Origin: Macrostomum lignano
Taxonomy: Eukaryota
Length of the DNA stretch: 64,000 nucleotides
NCBI GenBank assembly: GCA_002269645.1
Contig: NIVC01001621.1
Location: forward strand, 1-64,000
Direction: 5' to 3'
Part shown: one piece after another, positions 48,147 to 60,100 of the stretch
Layout: each line of letters opens with the position of its first letter
Numbering within the stretch: position 1 is the stretch's first letter
Made by a program: the position numbers and the translations under genes
Notes under the pieces: generated by a model
Database searches by the model: none
What the model saw: only the letters and a program-made list of their open reading frames with translations
Told to the model about the DNA's origin: nothing

Positions 48147-51100
48147 CTGGAAAGGTCAAGGAAAATATTTTATTCAAAACCAGTTGATCAACATCAGTGC
48201 TGCAGGTATGACAAGTGTTAACTAAACATCCAATTCGAGTCCGTGCTTGTTCACGGAAATTGGCTCAAGGGGCTGTCATGCGATTCACGGCCTTGAAGGC
48301 CAACCCCCAAGGCACAGTGAAGTGTACATGCCTAACGATAAATAAAGTTAGGGCTGCTGTACACTCCTGTATGAGTGTGTGCCTGCTCAGGGGAGTCGGC
48401 GGAATGGACAGTAATGCCTCTCGCCGGTTGTGTGACAATGTGGCGCTTAGAGTGCGCCAGGGTGCACATGGCCCCTGCCTTCTAAAACTAACAGCGGAAT
48501 GTCGCCGAAGGAATTCATTAAGCAATTAATGAAACAAACAGCGCACCTGCTAGGCAGTAGGGCTGCAACAGGCCAAGAGCCGGTGCATTCAACTCCAGCT
48601 TTATCAAGCGCCAATCTGCCCGAGTCTTTGTACTTGGCGTAGCTCAACCGATCGCGCAGGTCGTTCCAAACTAGCTGGAAGATTTTCACCGCCTCTGTCC
48701 AACGCCCGTTGCGCCTGGTTCGCAGACTGTCGATGGTGGCTGAGGCGGACTCGGCCTCAGCGAAGCTCAGATTGCCGCTATGCACGGCGACAAGATCCGC
48801 GGCCAGCCAGGCCAGAATCGGCAGCGAGCGGATGTGCCGCAGCACCGGCTCCAAGTCGAAGAACTCGCGCACCAACGCGAACTCGTCGGTGGCAGCGCCG
48901 CTGAGCTCGCGCAATCGCTGGGCCGCGTGTTCAACGGTGACAACCTGACGGTAGCGCCAGACAGCCGCCTGCTCAGGCTGCTCACTGTCTACTCGGCTAG
49001 TCTCGTGTACCAGACTCACTAGCGAGCTGGTGTCGCTCACCTGATAGAATTGAAATTATAATTATTGGAATTCAGAAGCGCAGGGATGTTGAAAGGTAAA
49101 AGTTGAAATGCCATCATCGGGCAGGTGATGAAAGTTTCTGACGGCGTCGACTCATTATTATAAGAAGACGTATCAAAAACTATCGTCATCCCTGTCAGCA
49201 GCACTCATCACCTGTATATCTCTGTTTGTGCGTTTTTAACTAGTTCGATCACGTCTCAATGCGTTGGCGGCATTGGCAGATATATGTAGAACTAAATTAA
49301 AGAGTATTGAGATGGCCATATATAGTCCCGAAACGGGTCGAAAAGTTAAGGACTGGGACCGCAGGATTGGGGACTGAAGGATTCGGAACTAAAGGACTTG
49401 GAACTGAAGGGTTGGAGATGGAAGAATTGGGACTGAAGGACTGGAATCGGGACTGAAGGATTGGGGACTGAAGGGTTGAGAATGAAGGATCGGGACTGAA
49501 GGACCGGGACTGATGGACTGGGACTGAAGGATCGGGACTGAAGGGTCGGGACTGAAGGACCGGGACTGATGGACTGGGACTGAAGGACCGGGACTGAAGG
49601 ACCGGGACTGATGGACTGGGACTGAAGGACCGCGGGACTGATGGACTGGGAATGAAGGACCGGGACTGATAGACTGGGAATGAAGGACCGGGACTGATGG
49701 ACTGGAAATGAAGGGTCGGGACTGATGGACTGGAAAAGAAGGACCGGGACTGATGGACTGGAAATGAAGGGTCGGGACTGATGGACTGGAAAAGAAGGAC
49801 CGGGACTGAAGGACTGACGACCAGCATAAGATATTATTTTGTTTAAATACTATATCGTTATTATACTATTTCAGTCTCTCAGGGTGCAAAACTGACCTGT
49901 ACATCGGCCAGTTGCCTATTAGCAGTCTGCAGCCGTTCCGCCAGTTTCTCAATGACAGCAGACAGAATTCGATCTCGAAGTAGATTCTCAGTCTCGCGGC
50001 GCTGATCCTGAGTAGCCAGCTGCAGTTGACCAGGCCGACTATGAGCTTCGGCTAGCGCACCGAGAGCCAGATGAATAGCCAGACAGGCATCCTCGCTGCT
50101 GTGCCCGCTAGCCTGACAGAATCTGGCCGAGTCGCGTTGAAAGTGCTGCCGCATTGAGTCGGCGTTGGCGGCCTCCGGTCGGCCAGCTAGGGAGGCCAGA
50201 GACAACAGCATGCGGGTCAGTGCGACTGCCACGGGAGTGAGGTTGCGGACTGACTGCGCTTGGCCAGTGCTGTTGAGGTCCACAAAGCCGCGAGGGCTCT
50301 GATCGTCGCGGGCTAGCAGCGGGTTGTTGCCAGCGGCCGAGTTGTGCTGCGAGCCGCCAATGGGAGCGGAACAGTCCGGGCAGGTGGCCAGTTCCATGGG
50401 GCGGCCGCACTGCGGGTTATGGGGTGGGGGCCGTGCGGCTTAGCCAGCTGAGAAATGCTTTTTGCAATCTGACTGTCAGCAGCGTGACTGTCAGCAGCGT
50501 GACTGTCAGCAGTGTGACTGTCAGCAGTGTGACTGTCAGTAGTTTGACTGTCAACAGTGTGACTGTCAGTAGTTTGATTGTCAGCAGTTTGACTGTCAGC
50601 AATGGGACTGTCAGCAATGTGACTGTCAGCAGTGTGACTGTCAGCAGTGTGACTGTCAGCAGTGTGACTGTCAGCACTGTGACTTGTTGGGAGTTGCTGA
50701 GATGTTGACTTGCTGACTTGTTGAGATGTTAAAGCTAATATGAAGTTAATTTAACATAAAATAACACAGAAAAAACTTACATTTCCAATATAGTATGGAT
50801 GACCGTTTGGGCAAACTGAAATTTGAAATTAATATATCGAAATACAAAAAAGACTATAAGAAGTTTTGATTTCATACTGCATGGTTTTAAAAGAAAAAAA
50901 CTAAAAGCACAAGCTATTACTCACAGTAGACAGTAGGGTTATCGCCTTCCACACCCTTCTGCTTGCGGACAGCTCTGTAGAGCTCGTGCAGCTGATCGTG
51001 CGGCATGCACGGCAAATAGTAGGCCGACACGTCGTCGGTTGCCATGGCAACAAATAGTTTTACTAATATGTCTTCAGTATCGCGTTTAATAGCCAGAGTA

Positions 51101-54100
51101 TAGGCCATGTGAAGTGCCAGGCAGGCTAGAGAGTGGGCACCGTTCCAGCTGGCATCCAGTATGGGCTGCAGGCGCTGCTCATAAATCTCCTGGAGTTGAG
51201 TCGAGGATTACTAATTAGCTGACCAGGCATGGTTTCGAATTGCTCTTGCCGTTTACCCATGACTTTATTAAATAACGGGTATGGTTATAAAATGGGTGCC
51301 AGCATTAGCTGGGGTAATCGAGGGTGTGTGGCGACCCCCGAATCTTTGGATTGAACAGCCGTACGCAGCCTTCAGAAGCGCCGCGCAATTGCTGCGGCTG
51401 AGCTGTCGGTTGCACACCTATCTTAATTATATTATTGGAGGCTAGCAGTCAGGTCTATACTCTAGACTGCTCACACAGGGTCTCAGTGCCTTGGAGGACA
51501 CTCCAGCTAATACAGACAGCAGTACAAATATGCCCCCAGTTACCTTGGCTCTTTTTGACATGTGCTCAGCCATGAGTTCCACAGCATTGGCCAGATTTTG
51601 ATTACTACAGTCGCTTTCAATATGCCGAGCTTTGTACACTCCGGCCGCGGTTGCCAGAGCAATCAGATGCCCATCGGACTTATTTAGCTTTATCTTCTGC
51701 GGGGATGAGTTGATTAAGAGTACAAGCATGTAGATATAGAAATGAGTTGCAATGCATTGTGCACAGGACACATAAATGAATGTGGCCGCCCACGCAATCA
51801 AACCAAGGACAACTAAAGCAACGTTTATAAAGGACGCAAAACTCGAAATCTATGGAAAATGTTTTGAAGGCCACTTTTCGCAGAAAAATACACTAAGGAG
51901 ATAGGAAGTTTTCATTTTTTCAGCACAAAGATTGTTATTGCTTGCTTTCGATAGGAGGGCTGAGCCTCTCTTATAGCTCTATTGATATTCATAGAGCTTT
52001 TCGTTCAGAGAATCAGGATTCTATGTTAATTTGTATTCTACGTACAAATTGCACATGTCCCTTGCCTAAAAACCATTAAAAATGGCACGGCTCATCTTAT
52101 GGGTTTTTATGAGTCTATTTTGTCATTCTCAGCTGACTGTGTAACAGTATGTGTGACAGAAATGATAAAATAGATTTATAAAACCAAAGATTTGAGCTGT
52201 GTCATGAAATTTAATGATTTTTAGGTACAGGAAATGTACGTAGAATACAAAATGAACATAGAATCCTGATTTTCTGAACGAAAAGCTTTATGAATATCAA
52301 TAGAGCTATAAGAAAGGCACAACATATCAAAAGATGAACATTGGATCTGCCTCCTATCGAAAGCTTCCTATCTCCGTTGTGTATTTTTCGACGAAAATTG
52401 GCCTTCAAAACATGTTCCATAGATTTCGAGTGTAGCGTCCTTCTACTCGTACTTTAGTAGTCCTTGAATCGAACCAGGGGCCGCTACGGTTTAGTAAATC
52501 CGAATAAAATCCGAATTGATTTGCAACCCACCTTCATCGCGGCCGAGAACTCGGGCTTTCCAGACAAATAGCCGGTCCAAAAAGCGTCGCGCAGTTTTCG
52601 ATAAGCAGGCGACAGACAGAGCAGCAGCTCGGGCTCCTGACAGCGGCCTTCGAGGCTTCTCAGCTCGGCGGCAAAGACGACGCCGAGGCCTGTGGGATCG
52701 CGGCGCAGAGCTGCCAGGCCAGCTGACACGCCGAGCCGACGGCACAGGCAGCGGAGCAGGTAGATACGAGGCCAGGCCTGTCAATTAGTAGGCGTTTCTT
52801 TCTATCTACATGTGCTATAGGCCCAAAGTCGTTTGAGTTGTCTGAGTTGCGTCCACGGATATTAGAATAACTAGATGGGCAACAGGCATATATACTTATT
52901 AGTAAAACAGCTTTCTACTTTCAGTTCAGTAGCAAAGAAGAATACATGAGCTATTTTATAAAAATAAAGGCAGCTGAAACGACTGATAAGTTTAAAAGCC
53001 CCAAAAGCTTGCAGGCGTAAACAGCTTGCTAATTGGTTCAGCAATAATGTACATTGGCCAGTCCACTGAAATGTACATGGCCGCTTTAGGCTGGAATTCC
53101 GAGAGAAAGGCAATAAAATTGGGGCGGGGCGGGGGGGAATGTGGAAAGGCGCGGTTGGAGGGTTTAAGCTGTGGGGAAAGAGCCAATAAATGAGCCTTGG
53201 CTTTAAAAATACATTTAAATGCTCCGGTTTAACTTACTACTGAACTGACAGTAGCTTACACGCAAATGTGCTGACTGGCCCATCTAGTTATTCTGTGGTT
53301 GCATCCAAAGCGCATCTGCGTCACTTAATGAATTTAGAAACGCATTTCGAATTTATAACGACTCTGTTGAGTCTACTTGAAATGAATACTCGTAGAAAGT
53401 AAAGCGCTAACACAACGGCTATAATGATATACCTGATGCTTGTCTGCCAGCCGCTGGAGAAAATCGGCACTGCCCAGAGCTGAAGCAACAGACCCGCTGG
53501 CAATGATTCTGTTAGCCAGCAGAGCAAGGCCAATACGCCACGTGGCGAGCCGACGCAGCTGGCCAATCAGGCTGGACACAAAGGCTGGCGTGACTGAGTT
53601 GGACCCGGCGCTGACAGCTGGCGGCAATGGCTGCGGCAGATTGGTGGACAGCCAGTCGAGAGCTTGATGCCAGCGGCGCTCGGGGTCCATCCTGAGTGTG
53701 TAACGAGGCGATTGTGTCTGGCATCAGTAGGAGCAAGGGGCGCAGCCAAGGTGGGGTTCTGTTCCAAAATTATGACAATTGGCGCCGCAAAAGACCCATT
53801 TAGATGGCGCCCCCCCCCCCAACTCAAATGAGATTGTCTCCACTCAAATGAGATTGTTTCCCCAACTCAAATGAGATTGTGTCCCAACTCAAATGAGATT
53901 GTGTCCTCACTCAAATAAGATTGTCTTCAACTCAAATGAGATTGTGTCCTCACTCAAATAAGATTGTCTTTAACTCAAATGAGATTGTGTCCTCACTCAA
54001 ATAAGATTGTCTTTAACTCAAATAAGATTGTGTCTCCAACTCAAATAATATTGTGTCCCCGCTCAAATGAAAAAGCGCCCCCACGTGAAACGGCACTCTA

Positions 54101-57100
54101 CTCAAATGAAATAGCACCCCCACGTGAAACGGCGCCCCCACGTGAAACGGCGCCCCCATTCAAATGAAATAGCGCCCCCCACATGAAACGGCGCCCCCAT
54201 TCGAATGAAATAGCGCCCCCACATGAAACGGCGCCCCCATTCGAATGAAATAGCGCCCCCCACATGAAACGGCGCCCCCATTCGAATGAAATAGCGCCCC
54301 CACATGAAACGGCGCCCCCATTCGAATGAAATAGCGCCCCCCACATGAAACGGCGCCCCCATTCAAATGAAATAGCGCCCCCACGTGAAACGGAGCTCCC
54401 ACTCAAATGAAATAGCGCCCCTCACGTGAAACGGAGCTCCCACTCAAATGAAATAGCGCCCCTCACGTGAAACGGAGCTCCCACTCAAATGAAATAGCGC
54501 CCCTCACGTGAAACGGCGCTCCCATTCTAATGAAATAGCGCCCCCCACGTGAAACGGCGCCCCAATCAAATGAAATGGCGCCCCAACGTGAAATGGCGCC
54601 CCCACGTGAAACGGCGCTCACTCAAATGAAACGGCGCCTCACTCAAATGAAACGGCGCCTCACTCAAATGAAACGGCGCCCCACTCAAATGAAACGGCGC
54701 CCCACTCAAATGAAATAGCGCTTACCTCGTCAATTCAACCAAACAGGCATCTTCAAAGCAGTGCAATATAATTAGCCGCAGATGGAATTCCTCCTCAGGC
54801 TGAATTAGGATCAGCACATGAGTTAAGTGCTCAGTGAGTTGCTCTACTACTAGTTCATGATGATAGGACAGTAGTAACTGCAGTACATAAGACCGGAAAA
54901 CCACGCCTTCACCGTCTGAGCGGTCTTGGAAGAAGCCAAAATTGTCGTCGGGACTGCACCTGAAATTACAATACGGCAAATTATTTAACTAGGCTTGTTT
55001 CCGGAATTAATAAAATACAACTCGTCAACAATACTTGTATAAGGGACGCTGAACTTTTATACAAGTTTTGTATCAGCATATAAACTTTAGTAAGCTAAAT
55101 GAAATGTTTATGTATACTAAACAGTAAGTTTGTGGTATCTCATGGAACAGTTGCTGAGATGCCAATTGGCTCAATGGGGAGTTGCTGAGATGCTAAAGCT
55201 CAATGGGGAGTTGCTGAGATGCCAATTGGCTCAATGGGGGGAGTTGCTGAGATGCCAATTGGCTCAATGGGGAGTTGCTGAGATGCTAAAGCTCAATGGG
55301 GAGTTGCTGAGATGCCAATTGGCTCAATGGGGGGAGTTGCTGAGATGCCAATTGGCTCAATGGGGAGTTGCTGAGATGCTAAAGCTCAATGGGGAGTTGC
55401 TGAGATGCCAATTGGCTCAATGGGGGAGTTGCTGAGATGCCAATTGGCTCAATGGGGAGTTGCTGAGATGCCAATTGGCTCAATGGGGAGTGGCTGAGAT
55501 GCCAATTGGCTCAATGGGGGAGTTGCTGAGATGCCAATTGGCTCAATGGGGGGAGTTGCTGAGATGCCAATTGGCTCAATGGGGGAGTTGCTGAGATGCC
55601 AATTGGCTCAATGGGGAGTTGCTGAGATGCCAATTGGCTCAATGGGGAGTTGCTGAGATGCCAATTGGCTCAATGGGGAGTTGCTGAGATGCCAATTGGC
55701 TCAATGGGGAGTTGCTGAGATGCTAAAGCTCAATGGGGAGTTGCTGAGATGCCAATTGGCTCAATGGGGAGTTGCTGAGATGCCAATTGGCTCAATGGGG
55801 AGTTGCTGAGATGCTAAAGCTCAATGGGGAGTTGCTGAGATGCCAATTGGCTCAATGGGGAGTTGCTGAGATGACAATTGGCTCAATGGGGGGGAGTTGC
55901 TGAGATGCCAATTGGCTCAATGGGGAGTTGCTGAGATGCCAATTGGCTCAATGGGGAGTTGCTGAGATGCCAATTGGCTCAATGGGGGGGAGTTGCTGAG
56001 ATGCCGTCTTTAACTCCATCAGTGAAGAGACTCCTGAAGAAGATTATCTGAGAAACCGTTTAATAGATAAGTAAAAATAAATATTTCCACCAACCGAGTG
56101 ACATAGTTAAGCAGATAGGCACATAGTTCTGGTTTGGGCGCCTGGCGCATGTTAGATCCGAAGCATAACCGGGACACGACGTCCATTAGGAAGGCGTTGC
56201 ATCGATTTCTAAACTTTTCTAATAAAGGATGCGGTCCAGCGGCGGCTTTAGCGGCTTTCTTAGCGTCCGATTCGGTGAGCTGTTTGCGGCAGCGCGGACA
56301 GGAGTTCTTGGTTTTGTGGCCGCCAGAAACTGCCAGACGAAGGCACCGACCGCAGAGATGGTCGCCGCAGCTCAAAGCCGCGATGGTGCTACGCGAGTCC
56401 TCGCAAAGCTGACACCTTGTGACCCTGAGAATTGGCGAGGATAGATAGAAACTTTCATTGATAAATAGAAGACAACAGATTGCTTCAGCTAGATCTGGAT
56501 CACAGATACTAAAATAACTTGATGGGCCACTCAGGCATATATACTAAGTAAAACAACTTTCTATTTTCAGTTCAGTAGCAAAGCTAGGAATAAAACATAA
56601 GGAGGAATACATCCATAAAAACCACAGATACTAGAATAACTAGATGTGTCACTCGCAATTAAAATTGTGAAAAAGTAAAGCCTCTACTCTTTTTTCAGTA
56701 GTTGTCACGCGAATGTAATTTAAATTTGATGTAAAATTCCTTTCCTTCCTCATGGAAGAGCAAATGGGGTTAAGAATGAACAAGCATTTGTTAACTCAAT
56801 GTACACAAATGAACGCAAGACGGACGAAACTCAGCCTAGGGGGGGGGGAGGGGCAGGCCCAATCTAGCTCAGCCAATGAGAGAGCAGTAGAGAGATGTCT
56901 GGGCGCCAGCACTAATTCTCTCTTGCTCTCTATGTCAAGCACTGAATTTGGGAATTTTACATTTTTATAGTTTTCTACAGTCTTAAGTCTTAAATTCGTT
57001 TATTTTTGAACCGGTAAAACTCAGCAGACATGCTTATTTAATTAGCCTGCTTGTAGAATTAGGCACAGACATATTTTGCAGCTTTAAAAACATAAAATTT

Positions 57101-60100
57101 CGTTTGAAAGTAGATAAATTTTAATTTTACTTTTATAAAGGCAAAAACGCTAATTTTGCTACTGAAAAAGAGTAGAGAAACGCATTTTTTTGCGAGTGAC
57201 ACATGTATATAATCATGGATGTTTAATGCGCATTCTAGGGTTAGAAAGTCCGAGGCTGCATTTGATGGTCTCGAGGCGAGCGAAGCGAGCCGAGGACCAT
57301 TAAGTGTGGCCGAGGACTTTCTACCATAGAATGCGCATTAAACTACCTTGATCTTATATGAAATCCGAATTACTTATTTTTGTAGCTTTCTCTTGAGCCG
57401 GGCCGAATGCGGTGCAGCCAGTCGGCAAAGATTCGACTGGGGGTGTCGGGGCGAAGCCCCGACTGGGGGTGTGGGGGCGAAGCCCCCACATTGGAACCAT
57501 AGACAAATTTTCCATAAATTTAAGACAGTACTAGCTAGACGAAATCCGAATTACTTTCTTTCGTAGCTTTCTCTTGAACCACACCGCGATGGAAGAAGAA
57601 TTTGATAGCGACACCTTTTTTAATTTTTTCGATCTAGCCCCTGCTGGAAATGTAGTTCCGCCGCCCCTCGGAAACGCTAAAACACTGCCGACCAAACCTA
57701 GCTCTCGTTTCGGTGAGTTGCTTGATGAGACCGCTTTGGAGCGCAGAATGCTAGAGAGCTCACCTGAGTCTACACTAGCAAGAGAAAAGTGGGCGATGAA
57801 TGTGTTCCAGACGTGGAAGGAGAATCGTGTCCAACTGCAAATGCAAGGCCGTCTGTCAGGACTCGCGGTGATTAAGCCTGTCGAAGAGCTTACAAAGAAT
57901 GAGATCAACGAACTGTTGCACTTCGTTTTTGAGGTGAGGAAGGAGAATGGCGAAAAATATCCGCCGGGAACTCTGAAAAACTTGGTATCGATGATCCAAC
58001 ACTTTTACGTGAGCCTGTCGCTTCTGGAGATTCCAGCGCTCCTATTACTGACCACGGTGTCAAGTCTATCATCATTGATGGAGCTAAAATCGAAATTCAG
58101 TTTAAGTGAGTTTGTGAAACGTTTAATGCATTGCCTATTATTGAAAAAAACGTAATATGTTTCCTATATAACCCTACCAATTGTCCATGGCTTGGCTAGA
58201 AAATTGTTTTTTGTTGCTTCGTTATACAGTATATAATAACAGTTTTTTTGTTGCATCCAAGTACACTGTCTAGTTCTGTTTAGTCTATGGTTCAAACTGC
58301 TTTCATTTAGGGACCATCAAATCATTTGATGGTCTCCATTTTGGAGCCCATCAAATTATTTGATGTGCCTGGAATTATAGCACTTTAAACCATAGACTAG
58401 GCTTTCCTGGCTCAGAATGAGCCCAATAAATGTCAATAAAATAAGTAATCGGATTTTATCTAGTTATTCTAGTATAGTATTTGTCATGCTATCTCAGCCT
58501 AGAGACATCCAAACTCAGCCAGTCCCATTCCGCAATGCGTTTTTTTGGCTCGAGCTAGTCGACTTTTATCATAGACATGCTTCTTAAGGCCATGCTATCT
58601 CAGCCTGGGACATGCAATCTCAGCCAATATAGATTTCAATTGCAAACAGATCTCAATGCTGGGAAGCTGGGCACTCAGCTTCGTGCGCAATGCTTTCAGC
58701 GTCGCCAGGGGGTTCGCATCCACGAAAGCAATAAGCGCCTGGCGCATCTCCTCATCGAACTTGCATGAGCTAATCTTTCTTCCCCCTCGCGGGAGGGCAT
58801 CCACCCGGCCCGTTGCTTCATAAATCCTGACGATATGCCGAGCTGTCTTCAGATTCATGCGAAGAACTTTGGCGGCCACACGTAGGTCCTGACCTTCCGT
58901 CCACGCAGCAATCAGTCGTCTTCTGTCTTCGTCGCTTGTTGCTCTCATTCTGTTTCATTTGCTTCGATCACAGACTAAGCCACAGACAGCTTGACATAGC
59001 ATCTGAAAAGTGGCTGAGATTGCATGTCCCAGGCCGAGACAGCACGGCCCCAAGAAGCATGTCTATGGTAAAACTTGACTGGCTTACGTAAAAAATCGCA
59101 CTGTCGAGATGGGCTGGCTGAGTTTGGATGTCTCTAGGCTGAGATAGCATGACAAATACTATATCTGTGATAAAAACAAAGGCAGCTGATATTACTTTAA
59201 TAAGTTTAGAAGCCCACAAGCTTGCAGGCGCAAACAGCTTGCTAATTGGTTCAGCAATAATGTACATCGGCCAGTCCACTGAAATGGGGGGCGCTTCATA
59301 AGACCTAAATTTCACAACGCCTAAAGCACGTGACTTCACATCACCTAAATTTCATAACGCCTAAATTTCACATCGCCTAAATTTCACAACGCCTAAAATT
59401 TCTGCACGCTCCTTCACATCGCCTAAATTTCATATCGCCTAAATTTCATAACGCCTAAATTTCATATCGCCTAAATTTCATATCGCCTAAATTTCATATC
59501 GCCTAAATTTCATATCGCCTAAATTTCACAACGCCTAAAAATCTGCATGCTCTTTCATATCGCCTAAACTTCATATCGCCTAAATTTCATCGCGTTGTGA
59601 AGGAGGCTGCATATATTTTAGGCGTTGTGAAATTTAGGCGATATGAAATTTAGGCGTTGTGAAGTGTGGTGGTTTTAGGCGTTGTGAAATTTAGGTCTTA
59701 TGAAAGCGTCCCCTGAAATGTACATGGCAGCTTTAGACCGGAATTCCGAGAGAGGCAATAAAAATTGGGGCGGGTGGGGGTAGTGTAGAAAGGCGCGGTT
59801 GGAGGGTTTAAGCTTGGGGGGGGGGGGTAAGAGCCAATAAATGAGCCTTAGCTTTAAAATTGACAGTATTTTGACATTAAAATGCTTCTGTTTAATTTAC
59901 TACTGAACTGAAAGTAGCTTACATGCAAAAGTGCTAAGTGGTCCATCTAGTTATTCTAGTATCTGTGATCTAGATAAAAGTTTTAATGTTTCTAAGAAAC
60001 TAAGAAACTAAGTTTCGTGTCATTTCATCATGATTCTGATCTTAGTATAAAGCAATACTCACCCCATAACTTTTGAGCGCACTGATTCGTTAGCAGTTTC

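Larger units (their letters stand above)
56623..59169. mobile_element. Second CACAG-family element nested in the first
   Basis: Perfect TSD ataaaaac at 56615-56622 and 59170-59177; right TIR split by two later insertions. Confidence 0.82.
56501..59967. mobile_element. CACAG-family host element expanded by nested insertions
   Basis: TIR cacagatact.aaataact.gatgg; TSD atctggat/atctagat. Confidence 0.82.

Noticed and set aside
53692-53827. Upstream acceptor at 53717 for an RNF213 exon
   Set aside because: Out of frame with the downstream peptide; the acceptor at 53691 fits the phase.
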